A stretch of 64,000 nt of DNA. It comes from an uncultured Chloroflexia bacterium (GTDB lineage: Bacteria > Chloroflexota > Limnocylindria > Limnocylindrales > CSP1-4). The notes under the pieces are model-generated. The model searched no databases. It had not been told where the DNA came from and saw nothing but the letters and a program-made list of their open reading frames with translations. Shown here in pieces: positions 28,092 to 38,131 of this stretch (position 1 is the first letter of the stretch; every line of letters starts with the position of its first letter). A program made the position numbers and the translations under genes. The DNA is taken from contig CAWEZH010000002.1 in assembly GCA_963813535.1 (NCBI GenBank), positions 1,184,001 through 1,248,000 of the forward strand, in the 5' to 3' direction.

Positions 28092-28898
28092 TCAGCCCTC
28101 CGGTGACAGCGTCGGCGTGGGGGTCGGTACCGGTGTCGGAGTCGGTGTCGGCGTGGCGATCGGGGTCGGCGTCGGCGTGGCGGCCGGTGCCGGATTCTGT
28201 TCCCGCCAGAGGTACTCGCGCAAGGTGAGACCGCTCAGCTTGATCGCTCGGGCGCGCGACCGACCCACGTAGCGGAAATGCCACGGCTCGTACTGATAGC
28301 ACGTGACGGACGTCTTGCCCTTCGCGTACGGCATCACGAAGCCGTATTTCCAGGCGTTCCTGGACAACCACGCGCCGGCCTTGGTCGTCGCCCAGTCCTT
28401 GTAGTTCCACGGCGCCCCGCCGTTGTACGCACGGAAGTCGAGGGTGGTCCCCAACTGGTGCTCGCTGTGGCCCGGCCGTGCGCTCTCCTTGATGGCGGTG
28501 GCGTAGCCATGCACTCGCACCCAGTAGGCGAAGGTCGACTTCTGGGTGGCGTAACTCCTGAATGCCGATTGGACGGCGAGGCGGGCACCGGCATTGCGCG
28601 CCGCCCACGCGAGCGACTTGAGATCGGCGATGACGTTGCGGCGAACGTAGTGACCGCCGTTCAGCCCGGCTGTCGACGTCGATCGCAGGTCGCCCGGCTT
28701 GTACGTGCTGGCCAGCCGAAAGGTGAGATCGAGCAGCGACCGGCTCCAATGGACGTACGAGCGATTCTTGGTCAGGACGTCGGCGACCCGGCACGACGGC
28801 AACGCAGGGGCGGCCGATGCCGTCGCGGCGACACCAGCCGTCAGCACGAGCACCATGAGCAGGGCGGCCAGACGTGGCCGGCGATCCGGCATCTGCAT
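28092..28898 (-). CDS. M15B D,D-carboxypeptidase (VanY-like), secreted, with a PT-repeat tail
   Basis: SAFRSY..Q, SARPGHSEHQLG and YEPWHFRYVG; signal peptide. Confidence 0.92.
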   Translation of the reverse strand: MQMPDRRPRLAALLMVLVLTAGVAATASAAPALPSCRVADVLTKNRSYVHWSRSLLDLTFRLASTYKPGDLRSTSTAGLNGGHYVRRNVIADLKSLAWAARNAGARLAVQSAFRSYATQKSTFAYWVRVHGYATAIKESARPGHSEHQLGTTLDFRAYNGGAPWNYKDWATTKAGAWLSRNAWKYGFVMPYAKGKTSVTCYQYEPWHFRYVGRSRARAIKLSGLTLREYLWREQNPAPAATPTPTPIATPTPTPTPVPTPTPTLSPEG

Positions 28899-28951
28899 GC
28901 CGATAGGGTGCCATCCCCACGGGGGGCCGTGCCACTCCCCCGAACGTACCG

Positions 28952-30595
28952 CTAGGTCGGTTCCGGTGTCGCGGTCGGCTCCGGTGTCGCGGTCGGCTCC
29001 GGCGTCGCCGTCGGCTTGGGTGTCGGCTTTGCCGTCGGCTTCGCTGTGGGCTTCGGCGTCGGCTTGGGCGTCTGCCGCGGGCGAGGCGTTGCCGCGCCAC
29101 GACAGCCACCGATCCCGCTCTTCGTCGGCGTCGCCTTGGCGCCCTTGCCGACGCGATACTTCTCCTTCGGGACCGTCCCGGTCGGCGGGAACATCGCGGC
29201 AGAGAGCTGGTTGATGCGCTTGAGGTTCGGCACCTGGATCGAGCCACGCGCATCGAAGTCCGAGGACACGAGCGGCGACGAGACGACCGCCCGGAACGTG
29301 TCCTGCCGGCCGATCTTCGCCATCGCGTCGGCCATGTCCGGCAGGATCTTGCGCGGCACGTTGGTCGTGACCGTCCGGCCAAGGGCTCGCAGCAGCCCGA
29401 CCGGATCGTTGATGAACCCGCCGTGGACCATGCGGTCGCGGATGCCCGAGAGCACCTCCTGCTGTCGCGCGGCGCGCGTGAAGTCGCTCTCGCCAAGAGG
29501 CTTGCGGACACGCGCATAGGCGAGTGCCTGCTGGCCGTTCAGCGTGTGACGTCCCTTCGTGATCGAGAAGCCGCGCGTGAAGCCGTATTCGTCATAGGAG
29601 GGGTCGCAGAAGGCGCGAGCCACATACACGTTGATGCCACCGAGCCTGTCGACGACGTCGACGAAGCCCTGGAGATTCACCGCCGCGTGGTAGCGGATGT
29701 CGAGCCCCAGCAGCTCGCCGAGCGCGCCACGGAGCACGTCGAAGCCGGTCCCGTCGGAACCCGGGAACTGCTTCGGATGGTGCCGGGCATACGACACGAG
29801 GCCGTTGACCTTGCCCCTGAACTTGCGCCCGTCGGCCAACGGGACGTCGACCATGTCGCGCGGGATCGACACCATCGACACGGTCTCTGCGACCGGATCG
29901 AGGGAGGCCACGATCATCGTGTCCGTGAGGTACGTCCTGCGGCCGACCCCGGCGTCGACGCCGACGAGCAGGAGGTTGACTCGCTCGACGGTCGGGCTCG
30001 GAGATGGGGACGCGCTGGCCGATGCGCTCGGCGACACCGGCACGAGGAAACTCGGGTCCGGCTCGGCGCTCGGGAGCGGCCCGGCAAGGGCGGTCGGCGA
30101 CGGCTCCGCGAAGATCTGGTCGGCCGTCTCGCGAGCGACCTCGGTCGCGTAACCCGCGTAGACCTGTGGTGCGATGACGGCGAGCATCAGGATGGCGACG
30201 ATCGGGACGGCTTCCCTCCGCGTGGGTCGCGGCAGACGCGGGTCCCACAGGCTCGAACCGACGGCCAGCAACCGCCAGGTGAGGAACGCGAGTTGCAGGG
30301 CCAGCAGACCCCACAGCACGGCGGGGTCGAACAGCGTGGCGGCGAGCCTCGGCCCGCTCATCGTGGCGACCAGGAGGAGTCCCACGAGCACCAGCCCGAT
30401 CACGGGTAGCGCGAAGATGACCGCACGTCGACGCCGGCCGGCGGCGAGATGCCCGAGGCCCGGGAACAGGGCATCGAGCAGCGCTGGCACGTACCGCCGA
30501 CCGGCACTGCCATCCGGGGCTTGCGGTCCGCTCCCCTGGATCGGGCGGGCCTGATAGCGGGCAGGTCTTACCGGCCCATTCCCCTCATTCGACAC
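28952..30595 (-). CDS. LCP (LytR-CpsA-Psr) family protein
   Basis: LLLVGVD, TDTMIV, SIPRD, ALAYARVR and DFTRAARQQ; N-terminal TM segments, PTATPE repeats. Confidence 0.92.
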   Translation of the reverse strand: MSNEGNGPVRPARYQARPIQGSGPQAPDGSAGRRYVPALLDALFPGLGHLAAGRRRRAVIFALPVIGLVLVGLLLVATMSGPRLAATLFDPAVLWGLLALQLAFLTWRLLAVGSSLWDPRLPRPTRREAVPIVAILMLAVIAPQVYAGYATEVARETADQIFAEPSPTALAGPLPSAEPDPSFLVPVSPSASASASPSPSPTVERVNLLLVGVDAGVGRRTYLTDTMIVASLDPVAETVSMVSIPRDMVDVPLADGRKFRGKVNGLVSYARHHPKQFPGSDGTGFDVLRGALGELLGLDIRYHAAVNLQGFVDVVDRLGGINVYVARAFCDPSYDEYGFTRGFSITKGRHTLNGQQALAYARVRKPLGESDFTRAARQQEVLSGIRDRMVHGGFINDPVGLLRALGRTVTTNVPRKILPDMADAMAKIGRQDTFRAVVSSPLVSSDFDARGSIQVPNLKRINQLSAAMFPPTGTVPKEKYRVGKGAKATPTKSGIGGCRGAATPRPRQTPKPTPKPTAKPTAKPTPKPTATPEPTATPEPTATPEPT

Positions 30596-30722
30596 GCGCG
30601 GCAGGGTACCAGAAGGGCCGTACTGGCCTTTTGCGGCCGTCCTGTTGAGCCCCTTCTGCGGTCCGGGTTACACTCGTCCGCGCTTCGCGAGGCGACCAGT
30701 CGACCGCGCGATCACGCACCAC

Positions 30723-30797
30723 TGGCGAGTGGCCAAGCGGTAAGGCGCCTGACTCTGGATCAGGAGATCGAAGGTTCGAATCCTTCCTCGCCAGCCA
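30723..30797 (+). tRNA. tRNA-Gln (anticodon CTG), CCA encoded
   Basis: TGGCGAG/CTCGCCA acceptor stem, CCTGA-CT-CTG-GA-TCAGG anticodon arm, GGTTCGAATCC T-arm. Confidence 0.97.
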
Positions 30798-30814
30798 GCT
30801 ACCCCGCGGGTAGC
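30798..30814 (+). terminator. short hairpin immediately after the tRNA
   Basis: GCTACCC-CGC-GGGTAGC. Confidence 0.4.
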
Positions 30815-30845
30815 AGCCAGGGTGGGCGCACGGTGCTTGAGCTTG

Positions 30846-31727
30846 TCAGAAGTGGTCGAGATCCATGATGGCCTCGGCAAACGCCCGGGGCGCTTCCTGC
30901 GGCAGGTTGTGTCCCACGCCACCCGTGATGACGCGATGGACATATGGGCCGGTGAACTTCGCGCGATACGAAGCGGCCTCGGGGTGGGGCGCCCCATTTG
31001 CGTCGCCTTCGAGGGTGATCGTGGGAACGGGGATCACCGGTCCCTTTGCTAGCTGTTCTTCTATGTCGCCGTACTGCAGCTCACCGTCGGCGAGGCCGAT
31101 CCGCCAGCGGTAGTTGTGGATGACGATGTTCACGTGGTCCGGGTTGTCGAAGGCGGCGGCGCTTCGATCGAACGTGTCGTCGTCGAAGTCCCATCGCGGC
31201 GACGCCGTGTGCCAGATCAGCTTCGCGAACTCGTGGCGGTACTGCTCGTAGCCGGCCCGGCCCCGTTCCGTGGCGAAGTAGAACTGGTACCACCAGGCGA
31301 GCTCGGCGCTCGGTGGCAACGGCTTCCTGTTGGCTTCCTGGCTGCCGATCAGGTAGCCGCTGACCGAAACGAGCGCCTTGCAGCGGTCTGGCCATAGGGC
31401 GGCGACGACGCCGGCTGTCCGGGCTCCCCAGTCGAATCCGGCCACAACGGCTCGCTCGATCTCCAGGGCGTCCATCAATGCGATCACGTCGATGGCGAGC
31501 GCCGCCTGCTCTCCGTTGCGGGGCGACTCGTCCGAGATGAAACGCGTCGAGCCGAAGCCACGGAGGTACGGAACGATCGAGCGGTACCCCGCCTGTGCCA
31601 ACAGAGGTGTCACCTCGGCATAGGCGTGGATGTCGTAGGGCCAGCCGTGCAACAGGACGACGGTCGGTCCATCCGGCGGGCCCGCGTCGACGTAGCCGAC
31701 GTTGAGGACGCCAGCGTCGATCTGCAC
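30846..31727 (-). CDS. alpha/beta hydrolase (epoxide hydrolase-like, Asp nucleophile)
   Basis: LLHGWPYD, PYLRGFG, GFDWGAR and GHNLPQEAP; an upstream ATG at 31765 is out of frame, so the start is uncertain. Confidence 0.88.
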   Translation of the reverse strand: MQIDAGVLNVGYVDAGPPDGPTVVLLHGWPYDIHAYAEVTPLLAQAGYRSIVPYLRGFGSTRFISDESPRNGEQAALAIDVIALMDALEIERAVVAGFDWGARTAGVVAALWPDRCKALVSVSGYLIGSQEANRKPLPPSAELAWWYQFYFATERGRAGYEQYRHEFAKLIWHTASPRWDFDDDTFDRSAAAFDNPDHVNIVIHNYRWRIGLADGELQYGDIEEQLAKGPVIPVPTITLEGDANGAPHPEAASYRAKFTGPYVHRVITGGVGHNLPQEAPRAFAEAIMDLDHF

Positions 31728-31773
31728 GGATGTCGGCGAATGGATGGTGCAAGCGTTCCCGCCATCGAGTTCC

Positions 31774-32538
31774 CTACCCGACCGCGCCGATCGGCTGCCG
31801 AGAGGCCACGGTGGCGACCGCCTCGAGGATCACCTCGGCCACGGCCTGCGGCTGGCTGATCATGATCACGTGCGAGCCGTCGAGCTCCGTGATCGACGCA
31901 CCGGCGCGTTCGGCCATCGAGCGGGTCAGGTCGGTGCCGGCCGCCTTGTCGCCGGTGGCAACGACCGCCCAGGACGGCAGGTCCTTCCAAGCCGGCGTGC
32001 CCATGACGTCGGAGAAGGCCGCATCGGCGACCGGCCGCTGCGTCGCCGCAAGGACGGCCGCCTGGTCGGCCGGCAGATCCGCGGAGAAAACGTCATGGAA
32101 CTTGGCCGGATCGACGACGAACTCCGTGGCCATCCCACCGTTCGCCGCCGGATACTGATGTGCCACGAGGGCCGTGCCCAGGATCGCGTCCTTGGACGTG
32201 GGTGTCACCTGGCCGAGGATCTCGCCAGCTTCGGGCGCGAATGCCGCGACGAACACGAGCCCGACCACGTTCGACGCGCGGTGGGCGGCGTCGGCGATCA
32301 CGGCGCCGCCGTACGAGTGGCCGACCAGGACGACGGGACCAGGCGTCTGCTCGAGGACGCTGACTAGGTAGGCGGCGTCGAAGGTCAGGCCGCGGAGGGG
32401 ATTGGCCGGCGCCGTGACCTGGACGCCCTTGGCCTGGAGGCGCTCGATGACGCCGTTCCAGCTGGACGAGTCGGCGAAGGCGCCGTGGACGAGGACGACC
32501 GTGGGCCGCCCGGGGATCTCCTTGACGTGACTCATCAC
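31774..32538 (-). CDS. alpha/beta hydrolase (Abhydrolase_6, esterase-like)
   Basis: VLVHGAFAD, GHSYGG and GSHVIMISQP; AAAGGAG SD. Confidence 0.9.
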   Translation of the reverse strand: MMSHVKEIPGRPTVVLVHGAFADSSSWNGVIERLQAKGVQVTAPANPLRGLTFDAAYLVSVLEQTPGPVVLVGHSYGGAVIADAAHRASNVVGLVFVAAFAPEAGEILGQVTPTSKDAILGTALVAHQYPAANGGMATEFVVDPAKFHDVFSADLPADQAAVLAATQRPVADAAFSDVMGTPAWKDLPSWAVVATGDKAAGTDLTRSMAERAGASITELDGSHVIMISQPQAVAEVILEAVATVASRQPIGAVG

Positions 32539-32560
32539 GGAGCTCCTTTCGGGCCGGGGA

Positions 32561-32597
32561 CGGGCGGGCGGCGGACCGATCGCCTGCCGCCCGCCCC
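32561..32597. terminator. GC-rich intergenic hairpin inside the hydrolase cluster
   Basis: GGGCGGGCGGC...GCCGCCCGCCC inverted repeat. Confidence 0.45.
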
Positions 32598-32613
32598 TAT
32601 CCCCTGTTCGCGG

Positions 32614-33865
32614 TCAGCGCACCGACCGGAATGACTTGCGCAACTCCTCGGAGAACACCTGTGGCTCCTCCCAGGCGGCGAAGTGACCGCCCTTCGGGGC
32701 CTCGTTGAAATAAGTGAGGTTCGGGTAGACCTTCTCAGCCCAGCTTCGCGGGGCCTTGAAGAGCTCCTGGGGGAAGACCGTGAACCCGGTCGACACCTTG
32801 AGCTCCGGCGGCTTCTGCCCCGAGGCGAGAGCAGCCACGATCGTTCTGGAAGTTCTCCCAGTAGAGCCGTGCCGCCGATGTCGATGTGTTGGTCAGCCAG
32901 TACAGCGTGATGTTGTCAAGGACGTGGTCTCGGGTGAGGCCTCCGGTCGGCTTGCCTTCGACGAACGCCTTCGAGATCTTCGAGTAACTGTCGGGGTCAT
33001 GGTCGAGTATCCAGGCAGCCATCGCGAGTGGGTCCATCGAGCCGTAGCCGATCGTCTGCGGCTTCGTGTTCATCTCCGCGATGTACCCGGCCCGGAAGGT
33101 TCGCTCGATTCCTGCGAGCGCCTCTGGCTCCTTCTCGGCTTGCGAAGCGATGACGCCGACCACCGCGCGCTTGACGAGCCCCATCGCGAACGTGTCGCCG
33201 AAGAGCGCCGCGCCGACCGAGGTCGGGAACGCGCTGAGGAGGTTGAGGTGGATCCCGACCAGCCCGGCGGGCGCCTGGCGCGCCATCGCGTCGGTGACGG
33301 TGGCACCCTGGTCGCCGCCCTGTGCCACGTACCGCGTGTAGCCGAGGCGGGTCATCAGCTCGGCCCAGGCCTGCGCGATCTTGTTGCCGGTCCAGCCCAG
33401 CTCGGTCGGCTGGTCCGAGAACCCGAAGCCGGGCATGGACGGAATCACGACGTGGAATGCGTCGGCCTCGGTCCCGCCGTACGCGGTCGGGTCGGTTAGC
33501 GGGCCGATGACCTCAAGCATCTCGATGACCGAGCCCGGCCAGCCGTGGGTGATGATCAGCGGCAAGGCATTCTCGTGGCGCGACTTGACGTGGATGAAGT
33601 GGATGTCCAGCCCGTCGATCTTCGTCTTGAACTGCGGAAGCCCGTTGAGCCTCGACTCGACCTTTCGCCAGTCGTAGTCGGTGGCCCAATACTTTGCGAC
33701 CGCCTGGAGCGTCTCGAGCTGCACGCCCTGCGACGCGTCAGGCACGAGCTCCTTGGTCGGAAATCTGGCGGCCTTGATCCTCGCGCGGAGATCGTCGAGT
33801 TGCCCTTGCGGGATGTCGATCTGGAACGGGCGGATGTCGACACCCGCCTCGATGGTCATGGTCAT
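32614..33865 (-). CDS. epoxide hydrolase (microsomal/EHN type), +1 frameshift at ~32844
   Basis: THGWPGS, PSMPGFGFS, QGGDQG and SAARLYWE; GGHFAAWEEP in the next frame. Confidence 0.88.
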
Positions 33866-33912
33866 GGTGTCCTCCTCTAGGGTGAGCGGATGGATCTCAT
33901 GGACGCCGTCGC

Positions 33913-35127
33913 TCAGCGCAGCGAACGGAATGCAGCGCGCACCTCCTTCGAGAGAAGCTCAGGCTGCTCCCAGGCGGCGAAATGTCCGCCGCGGTCGACG
34001 ACGTTGAAGTGGATGAGCTTCGGATACGCCTTCTCGGCCCAGCTCCGGGGAGCGGGATACAGCTCGTCGGGGAACACGGTCACGCCGACCGGGATCTCGA
34101 CCCCCTTGGCGTCGAAGAACGCGAGATGGCTCTCCCAATAGAGGCGGGCCGACGAGACCCCGCTCTTGGTCAACCAGTAGTGGGTGACGTTGTCGAGGAC
34201 GTCATCGCGCGAGACGCCGCCGGGGTTGCCGGCGAACGCCCGAGCGATCAGCTCGTAGCTGGCGACGTCGTGATCGAGCATCCAGGCTGCGAGCCCGACC
34301 GGCGAATCGTCGATCGCGTAGAGGGTCTGGGGTCGGTTCGCCATCTCGTTCGCGTACCCGACGCCGGTCGCGAAGAAGTGCTTGAGGATGTCGAAGGCGC
34401 GGTCCTCTTCGGCCGACAGGCCCGCGGGCTTCGGGCCGCCACTGGCGAGTGCCTTGGAGACGTCCGGTGGCACGGTCGCCGGCATGTTCGTATGGATCCC
34501 GAGCAGGCCCTGGGGCTTCAGCAGCGCCATCTGCTCGGTCACGGCATTTCCCCAGTCCCCGCCCTGGGCCACGTACCGGGTGTAGCCGAGGCGCTGCATC
34601 AGCACGACCCATGCGCGCGCGATGCGGATGGGGTCCCAGCCGGTCACCGTCGGCTTGCTCGAAAAGCCGTGGCCCGGAAGTGACGGGATGACGAGGTCGA
34701 ACGCGTCGGCCGCGCTTGCGCCGCTGGCGGTGGGATCCGACAGCGGCTCGATGATCTTCAGTTGCTCGACCGTCGATCCCGGCCAGCCGTGGGTCACGAT
34801 CAGGGGCAGGGCGTCCTCGTGCTGGGATCGGACGTGGATGAAATGGATGTCGACGCTGTCGATCTCCGTGATGAAGTGCGGGAACGCGGCGAAGCGCGCC
34901 TCGAACTTGCGCCAGTCGTACTCGCTCGCCCAGTAGCGAGCCAGGGCTTCGATCGTCTCGAGCCGTACGCCCTGACTAGGGTCGGTCTCACGGTCGGGCA
35001 AGCGGGTGTTCGTGATTTGCTGACGCAGGTCGTCAAGCTCCGCCTGCCGCACGTCGATCTGGAATGGCCGGATCGTGTCTGCGATAGCCCGATCGGCGGG
35101 GCCCGACCCTGGCAGCGTTATCGACAT
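33913..35127 (-). CDS. epoxide hydrolase (EHN type), tandem paralog
   Basis: THGWPGS, QGGDWG, SSARLYWE and GGHFAAWEQP; AAAGGAG SD. Confidence 0.92.
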   Translation of the reverse strand: MSITLPGSGPADRAIADTIRPFQIDVRQAELDDLRQQITNTRLPDRETDPSQGVRLETIEALARYWASEYDWRKFEARFAAFPHFITEIDSVDIHFIHVRSQHEDALPLIVTHGWPGSTVEQLKIIEPLSDPTASGASAADAFDLVIPSLPGHGFSSKPTVTGWDPIRIARAWVVLMQRLGYTRYVAQGGDWGNAVTEQMALLKPQGLLGIHTNMPATVPPDVSKALASGGPKPAGLSAEEDRAFDILKHFFATGVGYANEMANRPQTLYAIDDSPVGLAAWMLDHDVASYELIARAFAGNPGGVSRDDVLDNVTHYWLTKSGVSSARLYWESHLAFFDAKGVEIPVGVTVFPDELYPAPRSWAEKAYPKLIHFNVVDRGGHFAAWEQPELLSKEVRAAFRSLR

Positions 35128-35210
35128 GGTCAACTCCTTTCGCGGGATGCACCTCGGCCGTCGTGATGCGGTGTGTCGGATACGCACAGCGTCGCGCGGC
35201 GCTGCTCCCA

Positions 35211-35233
35211 TCGCGCCCGGGAAACCCACTGGT
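35211..35233 (-). promoter_or_regulatory. island motif copy 1, upstream of the epoxide hydrolase cluster
   Basis: ACCAGTG-GGTTTC-CCGGGCGCGA. Confidence 0.6.
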
Positions 35234-35364
35234 CGAGTCGCGGGTCAGCGGCCGCGTCGCACCGGTTGCTGCGCCGACCAACGAGGCTTGGCGGCAATAC
35301 GCCAGGGGCACCGCGGAGACAGGCCGTGCAATGACTGGTCCTATGCTGTCCAGGGAGGTCGGTC

Positions 35365-38124
35365 ATGAGGGAACTCCGGCCGGACATCCGTGGCCGTGCG
35401 GCCGAGCGCGCGCGCCTGGGCGAGCTTCTCGCCGGCGTTCGCGCCGGGCAGAGCGCCGCGGTCGTCGTCCGAGGAGAGGCGGGGATCGGCAAGACCGCGC
35501 TTCTTGAATACGCCGCGGATCGCGCCCGGGGTTGCCGTCTTATGCGCTCGACCGGGGTCGAATCAGAGATGGAGTTACCGTTCGCCGCGCTGCAGCACTT
35601 TTGCTCGCCGCTCCTGGCCGGGCTCGAGCGACTACCACCGCCACAGCGCGATGCTCTCGGGACGGCGTTCGGCCTGATATCGGGGCCGCCTCCCGACCGC
35701 CTTTTTGTCGGCCTTGCTGTCCTCGGGCTCCTGTCGAACGCCGCGGAGGTCCAGCCGCTCGTCTGCCTGGTGGACGACGCGCAGTGGCTCGATCATTCGT
35801 CGGCGCAGGCCCTGTCTTTCGTCGGGCGGAGGATCGACGCCGATTCCGTGCTGCTGGTGTTCGGGCAGCGTGACCATGACGGAACCGACGTTTTCGCCGG
35901 GCTTTCGGAGATCCGGCTCCGCGGACTCTCCGACGCTGATGCCCTCGAGGTGCTCGCGATGCGGGCGATCGGTCCGATCGATGAACGCGTCCGGAACCGG
36001 GTCATCCAGGAGGCCCGGGGCAATCCGCTGGCGCTTCTCGAGGCCTGGCATGCCGCGTCGGTCGGCGGCCTCGCTGGTGGATTTGGACTCCCGGTCGAGC
36101 CTCCCGGCGACGTCGAAGCAACCTACAGGCGGCGGGTGTCAGAACTGCCTGCGGAGACGCAGCAACTCCTCCTGCTCGCCGCCGCGGAACCGCTCGGTGA
36201 CCCCGCCCTGCTTTGGCGCGCGGCGACCGCTGCCGCCATCCCGGTGGAGGCGGCCTCGCCGGCACAGGGCGAGGGCCTCATCGACATTGGCGTGCGGGTC
36301 GCGTTCCGGCACCCCCTCCTCCGGTCCGCCATCTATCAGGCAGCACCACCGGGCGCGCGTCGGGATGCACATCGTCGGCTCGCGGAGGCGACAGACCCCG
36401 ACCTCGACCCGGACCGCCGCGCCTGGCACCGAGCGCTCGGGACAGTCGCTCTCGACGAGGAGGTGGCCGTCGAGCTCGAGCATTCGGCGGGGCGAGCGAG
36501 GGCCCGGGGAGGTTTCGCAGCCGCTGGCGCGTTCCTCGAGCGAGCCTCGGAGCTAACCCCGGACGGCGCGGACCGAGCTCGACGCACTCTTGCGGCCGCC
36601 CGGAGCAAGCACCAAGCGGGCGACCCGGAGGCGGCACTCCGACTCCTTGCGATCGCCCAGGCTGGCCCTCTCCTCGACTTGGAGCGGGCCAGGGCCGAGC
36701 TCCTCCGCGGCCAGATCATGTTTGCGGTGAACCGTGGGCGTGACGCCCCGCCGCTTTTGCTGAAGGCCGCGAAGCGATTGGAGCCGCTCGATCCTAACCT
36801 TGCTCGAGAAACCTACCTTGAAGCATTCGCAGCGGCGCTGTTTGCGGACCGTCTCGCGCATGAAGTGGGAGTACGTGAAGTCGCGGAAGCGATCCTCTCC
36901 GCGGACTGGACAGCTTCCTCGCAACGAGCGCCGCGCGCGTTCGACCATCTTCTCGACGGCATGGCCGTGCTGATGACGCGGGGATACGCCTCCGGCGCGC
37001 CCATGCTCAAGCGTGCCCTCGCTGCGTTCCGCGACGAGCCGATGGCGGATGAGGAAGCGTTGCGCTGGCTCTGGCTCGCGTGCCGAGTCGCACGGGCGAT
37101 GGGCGACGACGCGGCATGGGACGAGCTCACCGATCGCCACGTGCGGCTCGCCCGTGGCGCGGGTGCCCTCTCCGTGCTCCCGATCGCACTGACCGAAAGG
37201 TTCAGCGTCCAGCTCTTCCTTGGGGACCTGACCGCCGCCGCGGCGCTGATGGCAGAGGCGGAGGCGCTCGTCCATGCGACGGGCAGTCATCTTGCGCCGC
37301 AGGGCGCGATCTCACTGGCCGCCTGGCAGGGACGTGATGAAGAAGCGACCAGGCTCATGGCCGCAAGTCGTGATGCAGTCGAATACCGAGGCGAGGGCCT
37401 GTGGCTGACATCCACGGAGTGGACGACGGCGGTGCTGTACAACAGCCTCGGCCGGTACGAGGAGGCCCTGGCTGCCGCCGAGAAGGCCGCGGAGCATCCG
37501 CATGAGCTCGGCGTGTCGACGTGGGTGCCCACCGAGCTCATCGAGGCAGCTGCTCGGACGGGACAGATCGACCGCGCACTCGGCGCGCTCGAACGGCTCC
37601 ATGAGATCAGCGCGGCGAGCGGCACCGACTGGGCACTGGGAGTCGAGGCCCGCTCGCGAGCGCTTTTGTCCGAGGGAGCCGTGGCCGAGCGCCTCTATCT
37701 CGAGGCGATCGAGCGGCTTGGACGAACGAGAATTCGAGTGGCCCTCGCCCGCGCTCAGCTGCTGTATGGCGAGTGGCTCCGACGGGAGCAGCGTCGGCTG
37801 GAGGCGCGGGACCAGCTGCGAGCCGCACATCGTGCGTACTCAGCGATGGGGATGGAGGCTTTCGCGGAGCGTGCGCGGCGCGAGCTGATGGCGACAGGAG
37901 AGAAGGTTCGCAAGAGGAGTCTGGTCGCCGCCGAGGATTTCACCCCGCAGGAGGTCCAGATCGCGCGGCTCGCCAGCGACGGCCGAACCAACCCCGAAAT
38001 CGCAGCGCAGATGTTCCTCAGTCCGAGAACCGTCGAGTGGCATCTGCGCAAGGTGTTCAGCAAGCTCGACATCAGCTCGCGACGGGAACTTGCCGGGGCG
38101 CTCCAAAGCCGGGGGCGCGGATAG
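35365..38124 (+). CDS. large ATP-binding LuxR-family (LAL/STAND AAA) transcriptional regulator
   Basis: GEAGIGKT Walker A, VDDAQWLD, GNPLALLE, FRHPL and C-terminal LuxR HTH (TPQE...SPRTVEWHLRKVFSKL). Confidence 0.94.
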   Translation: MRELRPDIRGRAAERARLGELLAGVRAGQSAAVVVRGEAGIGKTALLEYAADRARGCRLMRSTGVESEMELPFAALQHFCSPLLAGLERLPPPQRDALGTAFGLISGPPPDRLFVGLAVLGLLSNAAEVQPLVCLVDDAQWLDHSSAQALSFVGRRIDADSVLLVFGQRDHDGTDVFAGLSEIRLRGLSDADALEVLAMRAIGPIDERVRNRVIQEARGNPLALLEAWHAASVGGLAGGFGLPVEPPGDVEATYRRRVSELPAETQQLLLLAAAEPLGDPALLWRAATAAAIPVEAASPAQGEGLIDIGVRVAFRHPLLRSAIYQAAPPGARRDAHRRLAEATDPDLDPDRRAWHRALGTVALDEEVAVELEHSAGRARARGGFAAAGAFLERASELTPDGADRARRTLAAARSKHQAGDPEAALRLLAIAQAGPLLDLERARAELLRGQIMFAVNRGRDAPPLLLKAAKRLEPLDPNLARETYLEAFAAALFADRLAHEVGVREVAEAILSADWTASSQRAPRAFDHLLDGMAVLMTRGYASGAPMLKRALAAFRDEPMADEEALRWLWLACRVARAMGDDAAWDELTDRHVRLARGAGALSVLPIALTERFSVQLFLGDLTAAAALMAEAEALVHATGSHLAPQGAISLAAWQGRDEEATRLMAASRDAVEYRGEGLWLTSTEWTTAVLYNSLGRYEEALAAAEKAAEHPHELGVSTWVPTELIEAAARTGQIDRALGALERLHEISAASGTDWALGVEARSRALLSEGAVAERLYLEAIERLGRTRIRVALARAQLLYGEWLRREQRRLEARDQLRAAHRAYSAMGMEAFAERARRELMATGEKVRKRSLVAAEDFTPQEVQIARLASDGRTNPEIAAQMFLSPRTVEWHLRKVFSKLDISSRRELAGALQSRGRG

Positions 38125-38131
38125 TTCCTGC

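Noticed and set aside
28092-28898. Vancomycin resistance gene vanY
   Set aside because: Generic M15B carboxypeptidase next to an LCP gene; no vanHAX or vanRS
28095-29070. Tandem DNA repeats at 28100-28180 and 28955-29070
   Set aside because: They encode ordinary Pro/Thr-rich tails (PT, PTAK, PTATPE) of secreted proteins
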